64,000 nt of DNA from an uncultured Armatimonadia bacterium (GCA_963749155.1 CAVVLO010000001.1:544001-608000), one strand, 5' to 3'; positions 31,505-42,585 are shown, counted from the stretch's first letter. Notes: a model not told the origin generated them from the sequence alone. A program made the numbers and translations.

Positions 31505-32760
31505 GCAGAAAGGCTGGCTGGCTCTGGAAGACGGCACGGTATTCGAGGGCCTGGGATTCGGCGCCGAGGCCACCCGATGCGGTGAAGTCGTATTCAATAC
31601 GGGGATGTGCGGGTATCAGGAGATACTCACCGACCCCTCCTATTGCGGTCAGATAGTGACTATGACGGCCGTACAGATAGGCAACTATGGGACAAACTTC
31701 CAGGATTTCGAGTCGCGCAGTCTTTTCCTCGACGGATTTGTGGTGAAAGAAGCAAGCCCCCTTGTCTCGAACTGGCGCTCGGACTGCTCGCTGGACGAAC
31801 TGCTGAAGCTCTATAACGTGCCTGGAGTTGAAGAGGTAGATACACGCAAGCTGACTCGCCATCTGCGTATGCAGGGCGCGATGCGCGGCTGTATCGCAGT
31901 GGGCGAGTGGAATCCTGACGAACTGGTTGACCGTGCCAAGGCCTCTCCCAGTATGCAGGGCAGAGAACTCGCCTCGCAGGTTAGCTGTGCCGCTCCTTAT
32001 GAGTTCTCGGCAAGGACGGCACTCGAACACGTTGCTGGCGAGCTTGAAGCAGCTCACCCCCAGCTCGCTCAGAAAGTGCTGGAGCGCGGACCGCTGGCGC
32101 CTGGCGAGTTTTATCCCGAGTGGCTGCAGGAAGGGCGCTGGATTCATCCCTTTGAACTGGCGACGCGCCGGGCATGATGTGCCCCTGGTGATAGTTATGG
32201 ACTTCGGGGTGAAATACAACATACTCAGATTGCTCTACAGCCTGGGCTTGCGCGTGCTGGTAGTGCCGGCAAGCACAAGCGCGGAGGACATCCTGGACTA
32301 CGAACCCCAGGGAGTGGTGCTCTCGAACGGGCCTGGCGACCCGGAGCCTATCACCTATGGGCAGGAGACTATCCGCCAGCTCGTGGGCAAGGTGCCGATG
32401 CTGGGCATTTGCCTCGGACAGCAGCTCCTCGGCCTGGCCTTGGGCGGCAGCACTTACAAGCTGAAATTTGGCCACCACGGTATTAACCATCCCGTGATGC
32501 GACTGGCCACTCGCGAGGTGGAGATAACCTCGCAGAATCACGGCTTCGTGGTCGACCTGGACACGCTGCCCAAAGGCGATATCGAGCTAACCCATCTCAA
32601 TCTCAATGACAAGACCTGCGAGGGGATCCGGCATCGGGCTTATCCGCTGATGTCGGTGCAATACCATCCGGAGCATGGGCCTGGTCCACATGATTCGATG
32701 TACCTGTTTAAAGAATTTTCCGACCTGCTAAACCACGCCAGTGAGGTACCGACAACCTAA
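31491..32760 (+). CDS. carA: Carbamoyl-phosphate synthase small subunit; frame break in an extended interdomain linker (~32150-32179)
   Basis: GEVVFNTGM.GYQE.LTDPSY; DFGVK.NI, SNGPGDP, GICLGQQ, SQNHGF, QYHPE. Confidence 0.93.
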
Positions 32761-35700
32761 ATGCCTAAGCGAACGGACATCAAGAAGATTCTCATCATAG
32801 GCTCGGGGCCAATTGTCATCGGGCAAGCCTGCGAGTTCGATTATTCGGGCACTCAGGCCTGCAAGGCCTTGCGGGAAGAGGGCTACGAGGTAATCCTCGC
32901 CAACAGCAATCCCGCAACGATTATGACGGACCCGGAGCTTGCCGACCGCACTTATGTGGTGCCGTTGCAGGCCGAAGTCATCGAGCAGGTCATCGAGAAA
33001 GAACAACCTCAGGCGTTGCTGCCGACGATGGGCGGCCAGACGGCGCTAAATCTGGCACTCGAACTGGCCGAGTCGGGCGTGCTGGCTCAGCATAACGTCG
33101 AGCTCATAGGCGCCAAACGGAAAGCTATCAAGAAGGCCGAGGACAGAGAACTCTTCAAGGATGCGATGCTGGCGGCAGGGCTCAAACTCCCTGCCAGTGG
33201 ACTTGCTTACAATGTAAAAGGCGCCGAGCAGGTAGCAGAATCCATAGGTTATCCTGTGATTGTGCGCCCCTCTTCCACGCTGGGGGGCACCGGACAGGGC
33301 GTTGCTTATGATTTGGAAGAACTGCGCCGGGTTGTGGCACAAGGCCTCGAGCAAAGTCCCTTCAAGGAAGTGCTTATCGAGCAGTCGGTTATCGGCTGGA
33401 AAGAGTTCGAACTCGAGGTAATGCGCGATACCAAAGACAATGTGGTCATCGTGTGTTCCATCGAGAACCTCGATCCGATGGGCATCCACACAGGCGATTC
33501 GATTACCGTGGCGCCCGCGATGACGCTGACCGACCGCGAATATCAGTATATGCGCGATGCCTCGATCCGGGTCATCCGGGAGATTGGCGTGGACACCGGG
33601 GGCTCTAATATCCAGTTCGCGCAAAATCCCGAGAACGGCGAATTTGTCGTCATCGAGATGAATCCGCGCGTCTCACGCAGTTCGGCGCTGGCTTCCAAGG
33701 CGACTGGTTTCCCCATTGCCAAGATCGCAGCCAAGCTGGCGGTCGGCTACACGCTGGACGAGTTGATTAACGACATCACCCGCGAGACTCCGGCCTGCTT
33801 CGAGCCAACGCTGGATTATGTGGTAGTAAAGATACCCAGATGGGCTTTCGAGAAGTTCCCTGGCGTCAGCGAGACCCTCAACACGTCGATGAAATCGGTC
33901 GGCGAGGCGATGGCCATCGGGCGCACCTTCAAGGAAGCGCTGCAGAAGGCCTTGAGATCGCTTGAGCGGGGCCGGTTCGGCCTGGGGTACGATGGCAAGG
34001 GGCCAGATGTGCGGTTCTTCAGGGATGAAGAACTGCTGCGCCTGTTGCCCAGGCCCGTGCCGGACAGGCTTTTCCTGGTGGCCGAAGCGCTCAGGCGCGG
34101 CCATCCTGTTGAGGAGATATTCGAACTGACCAAGATTGATCCCTGGTTCCTTGTGAATATGCAGGAGATCGTCGAACAGGGCGAGGCGCTGTATGAGTTG
34201 CGCGGGCACCCTCTCGATACCAGCGACACAGAACTGGCCGCCGAGGTGCGCCTGGCGAAGCGGATGGGCTTCTCCGACCCGCAACTGGCCTACACCCTGG
34301 CAGTACCGGAGGCAGAGGTCAGGGCCTTTCGCAAAGAATTGGGGCTGATCCCTGGGCTCAAACTGGTAGATACCTGCGCGGCCGAGTTCGAAGCCTATAC
34401 GCCCTATTACTATACAGCTTATGATGATGAGTGCGAGGGGCGCCGGACCGACCGCAAGAAGATAATGATCCTCGGCGGCGGGCCCAACCGCATTGGGCAG
34501 GGCATCGAATTCGACTACTGCTGCGTACACGCGGCGATGGCCTTGCGCGAGGACGGGTACGAGACGATTATGGTCAACTCGAACCCGGAGACTGTCTCGA
34601 CGGATTACGACACTTCGGACAAGCTGTATTTCGAGCCGCTTACCTTTGAAGACGTGATGAACCTCGTCGAGAAAGAACGGCCCGATGGGGTCATCGTGCA
34701 GTTTGGCGGTCAGACACCGCTTAACCTCGCAAGCCGGTTGAAGGCCGCGGGCGTGCCGATAATTGGCACAAGTCCAGTGGATATTGACCGCGCTGAAGAC
34801 CGGGAATCCTTCAAGGCAATTCTCCACGAGCTGAAGTTGCTGCAGCCGGATAACGGGATCGCGCTGAGTTTCGAGCAGGCAGCCGAGATAGCAGAAGAAA
34901 TCGGTTATCCAGTGGTCGTGCGTCCCTCTTTCGTGCTGGGTGGACGGGCGATGGAGATAGTGTACAGTCGCAGTGACCTGGGCAAATATATGGAGCATGC
35001 GGTTGAAGCCGCCCCCGGGCACCCAATCCTGGTGGACAAGTTCCTCGAGGATGCCATCGAGATAGACGTAGATGCCATCTCGGACGGCGAGAGGGTCGTC
35101 ATTGGCGGGATTATGGAGCATATCGAAGAGGCGGGCATCCACTCGGGCGATTCGGCCTGCACCTTGCCGCCATATTCACTGGCCGAAGACCAGCTCGAAA
35201 TCATCCGGGATCACACCCACAAGCTGGCCACGGCACTGAACGTTATCGGCCTGTTGAACGTGCAATATGCAATCAAGAACGATACAGTATATGTGCTTGA
35301 AGTGAATCCGCGCGCCTCGCGCACGGTGCCTTTCGTCTCGAAGGCTATCGGGGCGCCACTGGCCAAGCTTGCGGCCAAGGTGATGGCTGGCAAGACACTG
35401 GAAGAGCTTGGCTTCACTGAAGAAAGAGTGCCTCGCTATACGGCGGTCAAGTGTCCGGTCTTCCCCTTCAACAAGCTGCCAGGCGCCGACCTGGTGCTGG
35501 GGCCCGAGATGAAGTCGACAGGCGAGGTTATGGGCCTGGACTTCGATTACGGAGCGGCCTTCGCAAAGGCGTATATGGGCTCGGGGGACAGGCTACCGAC
35601 CAAGGGGCAGGTCTTTATAAGCGTGAAGAACCGCGACAAGCGCGGCATTATCTTCGTGGCGAAGAAGCTCGCGGATCTCGGCTTCAAAGTGTTTGCGACC

Positions 35701-35997
35701 GAAGGCACCGCCCATGTGCTGGAGCGTAATGCGGTCGAAGTGGACACTGTGGGGCGGCTCAAAGAAGGCCCTCGCAACGTGCTGGAGCTAATAAAGCAGG
35801 GGCGTATCTCGCTGGTCATCAACACGCCCAGCGGCAAGGATCCACGCGAGGACCAGGTGCTTATCAGGCAGGAAGCGTTGTTACACAGGATTCCCGTCAT
35901 CACGACCTTGTCGGGCGCGATGGCGGCAGTGAATGCGATAGAGGCGCTTGCGCGCGGCGGGCTGGCAGCTCGAGCGTTGCAGGATTACTATTTGTGA
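32761..35997 (+). CDS. carB: Carbamoyl-phosphate synthase large subunit
   Basis: [30 protein letters not shown]; duplicated ATP-grasp; MGS domain. Confidence 0.98.
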   Translation: MPKRTDIKKILIIGSGPIVIGQACEFDYSGTQACKALREEGYEVILANSNPATIMTDPELADRTYVVPLQAEVIEQVIEKEQPQALLPTMGGQTALNLALELAESGVLAQHNVELIGAKRKAIKKAEDRELFKDAMLAAGLKLPASGLAYNVKGAEQVAESIGYPVIVRPSSTLGGTGQGVAYDLEELRRVVAQGLEQSPFKEVLIEQSVIGWKEFELEVMRDTKDNVVIVCSIENLDPMGIHTGDSITVAPAMTLTDREYQYMRDASIRVIREIGVDTGGSNIQFAQNPENGEFVVIEMNPRVSRSSALASKATGFPIAKIAAKLAVGYTLDELINDITRETPACFEPTLDYVVVKIPRWAFEKFPGVSETLNTSMKSVGEAMAIGRTFKEALQKALRSLERGRFGLGYDGKGPDVRFFRDEELLRLLPRPVPDRLFLVAEALRRGHPVEEIFELTKIDPWFLVNMQEIVEQGEALYELRGHPLDTSDTELAAEVRLAKRMGFSDPQLAYTLAVPEAEVRAFRKELGLIPGLKLVDTCAAEFEAYTPYYYTAYDDECEGRRTDRKKIMILGGGPNRIGQGIEFDYCCVHAAMALREDGYETIMVNSNPETVSTDYDTSDKLYFEPLTFEDVMNLVEKERPDGVIVQFGGQTPLNLASRLKAAGVPIIGTSPVDIDRAEDRESFKAILHELKLLQPDNGIALSFEQAAEIAEEIGYPVVVRPSFVLGGRAMEIVYSRSDLGKYMEHAVEAAPGHPILVDKFLEDAIEIDVDAISDGERVVIGGIMEHIEEAGIHSGDSACTLPPYSLAEDQLEIIRDHTHKLATALNVIGLLNVQYAIKNDTVYVLEVNPRASRTVPFVSKAIGAPLAKLAAKVMAGKTLEELGFTEERVPRYTAVKCPVFPFNKLPGADLVLGPEMKSTGEVMGLDFDYGAAFAKAYMGSGDRLPTKGQVFISVKNRDKRGIIFVAKKLADLGFKVFATEGTAHVLERNAVEVDTVGRLKEGPRNVLELIKQGRISLVINTPSGKDPREDQVLIRQEALLHRIPVITTLSGAMAAVNAIEALARGGLAARALQDYYL

Positions 35998-36015
35998 GCA
36001 AGCGAGGCGAGAGCA

Positions 36016-36963
36016 ATGGCTGGTTATGTTGACAGACTGGCAGAGGCGATCAAAACAAAACAATCGCGGCTCTGCGTTGGGCTTGACCCAAGCCTCAAAG
36101 GGCTACCTCTGGCGGTCGCTGACAGGTACAGGCGCGAGCAGGAGCCTGATGCCACGGTCGAGGCTTTTCGGGCTTTCTGTATGGACGTCGTCGATGTGGT
36201 GGAAGACCTTGTGCCGGCGGTCAAGCCTCAGGTGGCTTTCTTCGAACAATACGGCCCGAAAGGTTTTGAGGCTTTCGCCGAGGTATGCGGCTATGCTCGT
36301 TCCAAGGGACTGCTGGTTATAGCCGACATCAAGCGGTCCGACATCGGCAGCACTTGCGAGGCTTATGCCAGCGGCTGGCTTGGCGAGGCGCCACTGCTCA
36401 GTGGCTCGCAACACGAATGGGTTGAAGTCGATGCCATAACAGTAAATCCCTATTTCGGCAGAGATGGCCTGGAGCCGTTTTTCGAGCTGGCGGAAGAGCT
36501 GGACCGGGGCCTTTATGTGCTTGCCAAGACCTCGAATCCCTCCTGGATTGAAATCCAGGGGCTATCTCTGCCCAGTATGACCAACGTGGCCAGGCATGTA
36601 CTGGAGCTTATAACCGGCTGGGGCAAGGGCCTGATGGGAGAGTGCGGTTACAGCAGTATAGGCGCTGTGGTGCCCGCCACCCATCCGGAAGAAGCCGCCG
36701 AGATGCGCGCGGCTGCGCCTGCCACCCCCTTCCTGATACCGGGTGTTGGCGCCCAGGGCGCAACGATGGCGGACGTTGCAGCCTATTTTGATTCGCAAGG
36801 GCAGGGCGCTTTGGTGAACGTCTCTCGAGGCGTGCTCAGGGCCTTCGAGCCGGATGATGTTGAATGGCAGGAGCAAGTGCGCGAAGCGGCTCGGAAGTAT
36901 CGAGACGAATTGAACACCGTGCTGGATGTGGCAGGCAAACTCGGGGAGGGGAACGGCGCTTGA
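36016..36963 (+). CDS. pyrF: Orotidine-5'-phosphate decarboxylase (type 2)
   Basis: LCVGLDP, KPQVAFFE, DIKRSDIGST, KTSNP, LIPGVGAQG, NVSR. Confidence 0.95.
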   Translation: MAGYVDRLAEAIKTKQSRLCVGLDPSLKGLPLAVADRYRREQEPDATVEAFRAFCMDVVDVVEDLVPAVKPQVAFFEQYGPKGFEAFAEVCGYARSKGLLVIADIKRSDIGSTCEAYASGWLGEAPLLSGSQHEWVEVDAITVNPYFGRDGLEPFFELAEELDRGLYVLAKTSNPSWIEIQGLSLPSMTNVARHVLELITGWGKGLMGECGYSSIGAVVPATHPEEAAEMRAAAPATPFLIPGVGAQGATMADVAAYFDSQGQGALVNVSRGVLRAFEPDDVEWQEQVREAARKYRDELNTVLDVAGKLGEGNGA

Positions 36964-38051
36964 ATAGCCTGATCAGCGCGCGTCAGCTTACACCAGAGTT
37001 TTTGGGTGAGTTCTTCCGCATCGCGGATGGTATGGTGGAGTCGCTGTCCCGTCACGGCGCCAGTCTGGGCGCTGGTCATATCCTCGGGACAATGTTTTTC
37101 GAGCCTAGCACGAGGACCAGACTGTCCTTTGAGAGCGCCATGCAGCGGCTTGGCGGTACCAGCCTTGGTTTTGCAGAGCCCAAGAGCAGTTCAGCCTCGA
37201 AGGGAGAGTCACTGGCTGATACCATTCGAGTGGTAAGTGGTTATGCCGACGCACTGGTAATGAGGCACTTTACCGATGGCGCAGCGCGGCTGGCGGCGGA
37301 TTTTACCAGTGTGCCCTTCATAAATGCAGGCGATGGGCGGCACGAGCATCCAACCCAGACGCTGACCGACCTCTTGACCCTGCACCGGCTTGGGCTTTAT
37401 GGGCAGGGAATGAAAATTGGGGCCGTGGGCGATCTCAAATACGGGCGCACAGTCCATTCGCTGGTGAAGGCGCTTTTCGGCACTGGGGCGACCATATACT
37501 CGGCAGCGCCAGAGACCTTGCGGCTACCTGCCGAACTGGTTGAAGAAGCGCAAGCTCAGGGCTTGAATATTGTGAATTGTGATTCATTGGAAGAGCTGTT
37601 GCCTCAGGTATCAGTCGTCTATATGACCCGTATCCAGAAAGAACGGCTGGATGAAGGGGAAGATTATCAGGCCCTGGCCGGGCGCTATGTCTTGACCAGA
37701 GAGCTAGTAGAGCAGCATAATCCAGAAGCCTGTGTGCTCCACCCGCTGCCGCGAGTGGATGAACTGGCTTATTCGGTAGACGACCTGCCGACGGCAAAGT
37801 ATTTCGAGCAGGCCCATATGGGTGTGCCTGCTCGAATGGCGCTTCTGGCCATGCTGCTCGGGCTGGTGCGCTGGCAGCAAGAAAGCCTGCCCACCCCGCG
37901 CGAGTTGCATAGTGAGCGCCCCGCCACATCAGTTGAGCGGTGCGCGAATACCAGATGTGTAATAAACTGTGAAGTCTTCGCTCCGCCCCTTGTTTGGGCA
38001 GATGGAGCGGGCAAATTGCGCTGCAGTTATTGTGATCAGGAACTAGACTGA
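36960..38051 (+). CDS. pyrB: Aspartate carbamoyltransferase catalytic chain with C-terminal PyrI-like Zn domain
   Basis: FFEPSTRTRLSF, NAGDG..EHPTQ, GDLKYGRTVHS, HPLPR; C-terminal CANTRC...CSYC; TTG 36960 with GGGAGG RBS. Confidence 0.94.
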   Translation: MNSLISARQLTPEFLGEFFRIADGMVESLSRHGASLGAGHILGTMFFEPSTRTRLSFESAMQRLGGTSLGFAEPKSSSASKGESLADTIRVVSGYADALVMRHFTDGAARLAADFTSVPFINAGDGRHEHPTQTLTDLLTLHRLGLYGQGMKIGAVGDLKYGRTVHSLVKALFGTGATIYSAAPETLRLPAELVEEAQAQGLNIVNCDSLEELLPQVSVVYMTRIQKERLDEGEDYQALAGRYVLTRELVEQHNPEACVLHPLPRVDELAYSVDDLPTAKYFEQAHMGVPARMALLAMLLGLVRWQQESLPTPRELHSERPATSVERCANTRCVINCEVFAPPLVWADGAGKLRCSYCDQELD

Positions 38052-38090
38052 ACGGGCCTTTCGGCTCGTGAGAAGAGAGGGAGAATACAA

Positions 38091-39311
38091 ATGGCAAGAA
38101 TCGACACTTCTGATATGAAGTTGTCCCAGGCCAAAAAGGTCGCTCTGGCGTACTCTGGAGGTCTGGACTCGGCACTGGCCATCAAGCTTTTGCCGGATTA
38201 TTACGGGGCCAGCGAGGTTGTCGCGGTCACTATCGACGTAGGCCTCGATGCTCAGGAACTGGGCGAGTGCAAAGCCAAGGCCGACCTGATGGGCGTGCCG
38301 TGGATCCTCATCGACAAGAAGGACGAGTTCGCCGAGTTGTGGATCGCCAAGGCACTGCGCGCCAACTCGGACTATGAGGGCTATCCGGTCTCGACTTCAA
38401 TGACGCGCCAGCTCATCGCCCGCGATGTGGCTTTGTATGCGGTCGAAAACGGCTGCGATGCGGTGTGCGAAGGCTCCACCGGCAAGGGCAACGACCAGTT
38501 CCGGATGCACAACTGCTTCAAGTTGTGGGGCCCGGAGCTCACCATCATCTGCCCGGTGCGCGATTTCAACTTCACGCGCCAGCAGGAAAAAGACCTGTCG
38601 CGGGATTATGAGATCCCCTTCAAGGAAGGCATCGGCGATGACCGCACAATGTGGTGCCGGTCGATCGGTTCGGGCGAGGTGGACAACCTCAAGATGCGCA
38701 TCGCGCAGGAGGACTACCTCTGGTATCAGTATCCCGAGAATGCTCCAGACCAGCCCGTGACAATTGATGTCGAGTTCAAGGAAGGCTTGCCTGTAAACGT
38801 AGATGGCCGCACCAAGATGGCCGATATTATCCCCTACCTCAACGAGCTGGCCGGCAAGCACGCCATTGGCAAAATCGATATGTTCGAGGATGGCATTATG
38901 GGCCTGAAGAGCCGCGAGGCTTATGAAGCGCCTGCCGCTACCGTCCTCATCAAGCTGCACAAGGATCTCGAATCGCTGACGCTGACGAAGGAAGAGATCC
39001 TCTTCAAGCAGATGATAGATGCCAAGTGGGCCGAGATGGTCTACCATGGAATGTGGTATCACCCACTGAAAGAAGAGCTGGATGCCTTCATCGAGAAGTC
39101 GCAGGAGCATGTAAGCGGCAAGTTCAAGGTGCTGCTCTACAAGGGCAACATCGACATCATCGAGCGCGAGTCGGCCGAGGCCCTGTTCCGGCCTGACCTG
39201 CGTTCGCTGGCCGCCAAGGGCTTCGACCAGCGCGACTCGGAAGGCGCCTGCAAGATTAACGGACTCAAGTTTGAGATCCTCGGAACGCGCAGGAGACTGC
39301 TTGGTCGATGA
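38091..39311 (+). CDS. argG: Argininosuccinate synthase (divergent)
   Basis: LAYSGGLDS PP-loop, TGKGNDQ.R, GLKSRE.YEAPAA, LYKGN; overlaps argH. Confidence 0.87.
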   Translation: MARIDTSDMKLSQAKKVALAYSGGLDSALAIKLLPDYYGASEVVAVTIDVGLDAQELGECKAKADLMGVPWILIDKKDEFAELWIAKALRANSDYEGYPVSTSMTRQLIARDVALYAVENGCDAVCEGSTGKGNDQFRMHNCFKLWGPELTIICPVRDFNFTRQQEKDLSRDYEIPFKEGIGDDRTMWCRSIGSGEVDNLKMRIAQEDYLWYQYPENAPDQPVTIDVEFKEGLPVNVDGRTKMADIIPYLNELAGKHAIGKIDMFEDGIMGLKSREAYEAPAATVLIKLHKDLESLTLTKEEILFKQMIDAKWAEMVYHGMWYHPLKEELDAFIEKSQEHVSGKFKVLLYKGNIDIIERESAEALFRPDLRSLAAKGFDQRDSEGACKINGLKFEILGTRRRLLGR

Positions 39312-40864
39312 AGCTTTGGGCAGGACGATTCTCAAAAGACCTCGAGGCGAAGGTATTGGCCTTCTCCGAGAGCACTGAAGTGGACGAACGCCTTGCTCCC
39401 TTTGACATATGGGGGAGCAAGGCGCACGCCCTGATGCTTGCAAAGTGCGGTATCCTGGACACCGATTCCTTGCGCAAGATTTTGAGAGAACTGGGTCGCG
39501 CGCAGGCAGACCTCGAGACGGGCAAGCTGAAGCTGAAGCCCGAACTCGAGGACGTCCATATGAATATCGAGACCTATGTCATAGAAGGCGCAGGGCCCGA
39601 GTTCGGCGGCAAGCTGCATAGCGCGCGTTCGCGCAACGACCAGGTGATGGTCGACCACAAGCTTTATCTGCGCGAGCAGATTCTGGCGATTATGGGCCAG
39701 CTCGTGAGCCTCAGCAGAACCTTGCTGGAGCTTGCCGGAGCTCATCTGGAGACTCCGATGCCTGGTTTCACCCACACCCAGGTGGCTCAGCCGATGAGCC
39801 TGGCTTTCTGGGCGACGAGTTATGTGGCGCATCTGATGAGAGACCTGGAGCGCTTCCAGAGCTGTTTTGCGAAGACTAATACCAATCCGCTGGGCGCCTG
39901 CGCTTTTTCCGGCACGTCCCATCCCACCGACCGGCGCATCACGACGTTGCTGCTGGGCTTCGATGATGTGCAGTTGCATGCGATGGACTGCGTGGCCAAT
40001 CGGGACTTCGCTCTGGAGTTTCTCGCGGCTTGTGCTATCCTCGCCGAGGCGACTTCGAAGCTGTCAGAGGAATTTGTCTGGTGGAGCACGCCGGCCATCG
40101 GGATGGTTGAAGTCGACGACGCCTATGCCACCGGCAGCAGCATAATGCCGCAAAAGAAGAATCCTTGTGTAGCCGAGCTTGCGCGGGGCAAGACCGCCAG
40201 ACTGCACGGCGCGTTGATGCAGGAGCTTAGCCTCACCAAAGGGCTGCCCAACGCCTACAACCGGGATCTGCAAGAAGACAAAGTGCCTGTCTGGGAAGCC
40301 ATCGACACGGTGACGATTACCCTGGCCGTGCTCGAAGGGATGCTGAAGACGACGACCTTCCGCACCGAGCGGATGAAAGAACTGGCTGGCGCGGGATTTA
40401 GCACCGCTACCGAACTTGCGGACTATCTGGTACGGCGCCACAAGCTGGCTTTTCGCACCGCGCATCATCTGTCAGGCGCAACGGTGGCGGGCCTGATAGA
40501 CCAGGGCAAAGATTTCAGCGATCTGGAAGCTACCTTAGCCCTGCTTACCGAACAGGGCGTGCGCGCGGATGCAGGCGAACTGGCTGAGGCCCTTTCACCT
40601 GAAGGCGCGATGCGGGCGCATACCAGTATCGGCGGGACCGCCTCTGAAGCTGTCACGTCGATGATTACGACTTTTATACGGCAACTCGATGGATATGATG
40701 GTTTCGTGCGCGACAAGGTGTCCCAGCTTGCCACGGCGCGCGAAGCGACCGAGCGAGCGGTGCAGCAGATGCTGCAGGGGGGCACGACGGAGCATATCCC
40801 ACAGCCCAGCCTGGTGGACGAGTATTCCAGCATCGACGGGATGGGCGACGATTATATTCGGTAG
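39308..40864 (+). CDS. argH: Argininosuccinate lyase
   Basis: MKLWAGRF, EDVHMNIE, ARSRNDQ, TGSSIMPQKKNP, AYNRDLQEDK. Confidence 0.95.
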   Translation: MKLWAGRFSKDLEAKVLAFSESTEVDERLAPFDIWGSKAHALMLAKCGILDTDSLRKILRELGRAQADLETGKLKLKPELEDVHMNIETYVIEGAGPEFGGKLHSARSRNDQVMVDHKLYLREQILAIMGQLVSLSRTLLELAGAHLETPMPGFTHTQVAQPMSLAFWATSYVAHLMRDLERFQSCFAKTNTNPLGACAFSGTSHPTDRRITTLLLGFDDVQLHAMDCVANRDFALEFLAACAILAEATSKLSEEFVWWSTPAIGMVEVDDAYATGSSIMPQKKNPCVAELARGKTARLHGALMQELSLTKGLPNAYNRDLQEDKVPVWEAIDTVTITLAVLEGMLKTTTFRTERMKELAGAGFSTATELADYLVRRHKLAFRTAHHLSGATVAGLIDQGKDFSDLEATLALLTEQGVRADAGELAEALSPEGAMRAHTSIGGTASEAVTSMITTFIRQLDGYDGFVRDKVSQLATAREATERAVQQMLQGGTTEHIPQPSLVDEYSSIDGMGDDYIR

Positions 40865-40874
40865 GAGCGGACTG

Positions 40875-41663
40875 ATGCCCCAGCTCACAAGGGCGGAAGT
40901 GACTGCCGTAAAGCGCCTCACATCGGGGCGCGTAGAAGTGACACTCAGGTGCGAATCGCTGGTCGGGCTGGCTCAGCCCGGCCAGTTTGTTCAGGTGGCT
41001 GTTGGCAGAGAGCTCGATCCCCTGCTGCGCCGGCCTTATGGTTTTGGACCTCTCTTCCCCGAGCGAAACACCTTCAAGCTCTATGTCCAGGCGGTAGGGC
41101 GCGGCTCCGAGTTGCTTTGTGCTGCCCAGGCGGGCGATGAACTCGACTGCCTTGGACCACTCGGGAATCCCTTCCCACTGCCGGAGCTGGGCCAGCGCGC
41201 TTGCCTGGTGGGCGGAGGAACGGGCCTTGCGCCAATGGTATGCCTTGCAAAGAAGCTTTCCGAGGAAGGCATCTCGACTTTGCTGCTGCTGGGCGCTGGT
41301 TGTTGCGATGAGCTGACAGGCCTCGATGACGTGGTGGAAGCAGGCCTCGAATACGCCTGTGCGACCGAGGATGGCTCTCTGGGCGCGCAAGGATTTGTAA
41401 CCGAATTGCTTGGGGTGGCAGAGCCGGCGGACGTCTATTATGCTTGCGGGCCGACTCCGATGATGCGGGCCGTGGCGCGATTCGCGGCGGAAGCAGGCAA
41501 GCCTTGCTGGGTCTCGCTGGAGGCCCGGATGGCTTGTGGATATGGCGTCTGCGCAAGCTGCGCGGTGCCGATTGGCTCGCCTGGCGCCTGGGAATACCGC
41601 AAGGCCTGCAAGGATGGACCCGTCTTCAGCGCGCAAGAGGTGGTCTGGGATGAGCTTGCCTGA
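40875..41663 (+). CDS. pyrK: Dihydroorotate dehydrogenase electron transfer subunit
   Basis: PGQFV, LRRPY, GPLGN, GGGTG.AP, ACGP.PM, MACG.G.C..C, CKDGPVF. Confidence 0.93.
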   Translation: MPQLTRAEVTAVKRLTSGRVEVTLRCESLVGLAQPGQFVQVAVGRELDPLLRRPYGFGPLFPERNTFKLYVQAVGRGSELLCAAQAGDELDCLGPLGNPFPLPELGQRACLVGGGTGLAPMVCLAKKLSEEGISTLLLLGAGCCDELTGLDDVVEAGLEYACATEDGSLGAQGFVTELLGVAEPADVYYACGPTPMMRAVARFAAEAGKPCWVSLEARMACGYGVCASCAVPIGSPGAWEYRKACKDGPVFSAQEVVWDELA

Positions 41664-42585
41664 GCCTCCGGTCAGCCTGGCAACCGAGTTGTTTGGCCAG
41701 CGCCTAGCCACGCCGGTGATGGCGGCCTCGGGCACCTGCGGATATGGCTCGGAACTTGCCGAAGTGGCCGACCTGGCCTGGTATGGCGCGCTGGTGCTTA
41801 AGACCATCACGCTGAAGCCGCGTAAGGGTAATCCACCGCCCCGGATGACCGAATCACCCGCAGGGATGCTTAACTCCATCGGCTTGCAGAATCCAGGTTG
41901 GGAAGAGTTTGCCTCTGAAGTCTGGCCGCGAGTGCTGGAGATTTGCGCCCAAACCAGGCTCATCCTCAGCCTGGGCGGTGAAGAAGCTTTTGAATTTGCC
42001 ACCCTGGCGCATCAGGCAAGTGACCTGGAAGGGGTCTTCGCGCTAGAACTCAATCTCTCGTGCCCCAATGTCTGTGCAGGGGGACGAGTCGTCGGAGCCC
42101 AGGCGGGCGCGGTGAGGGAGCTGGTAACCGCCGCACGGGGCAAGACAGACCTGCCTCTTATTGCCAAGCTCTCTCCAAATGTCGCGAACCTGCCCGAGCT
42201 TGCCCAGGCGGCCCAGGAAGCGGGGTCCGATGCGATCTCGGTCGTTAACACTTATCTCGGCCTCGCCCTCGATGTCGAGAAACGCAAGTACCTCTTTGCC
42301 AACCGGGTAGCGGGGGTGTCGGGCCCTGCAATCAAGCCACTGGCGCTGCACGCGACCCACCTGGTGGCGCAGAGTGTGACCTGTCCGGTTATCGGGATGG
42401 GCGGTATCAGTGGGTGGCGAGATGCGGCAGAGTTTCTACTGGCGGGCGCTAGCGCGGTACAGGTTGGGACGGCAGGATTTCCAAATCCCAAGGTCGCAAG
42501 AGAAATCGGCGAGGGCCTTGCCGCCTATCTCGAACGCCAGGGGATGGCCAGCGTCAGCGAACTTGTGGGAGCTTTGCAGGGCTAG
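41650..42585 (+). CDS. pyrD: Dihydroorotate dehydrogenase family 1B catalytic subunit
   Basis: ASGT.GYG, GNPPPR, NSIGLQNPG, NLSCPNV, KLSPN, SGPAIKP. Confidence 0.94.
   Translation: MSLPEPPVSLATELFGQRLATPVMAASGTCGYGSELAEVADLAWYGALVLKTITLKPRKGNPPPRMTESPAGMLNSIGLQNPGWEEFASEVWPRVLEICAQTRLILSLGGEEAFEFATLAHQASDLEGVFALELNLSCPNVCAGGRVVGAQAGAVRELVTAARGKTDLPLIAKLSPNVANLPELAQAAQEAGSDAISVVNTYLGLALDVEKRKYLFANRVAGVSGPAIKPLALHATHLVAQSVTCPVIGMGGISGWRDAAEFLLAGASAVQVGTAGFPNPKVAREIGEGLAAYLERQGMASVSELVGALQG

Noticed and set aside
33673..35142. Long antisense ORFs (489 aa here; also 22831..24120, 38397..39443, 40674..42002, most of 57091..58143)
   Set aside because: Shadow frames opposite well-conserved genes in GC-rich DNA; no recognisable motifs.
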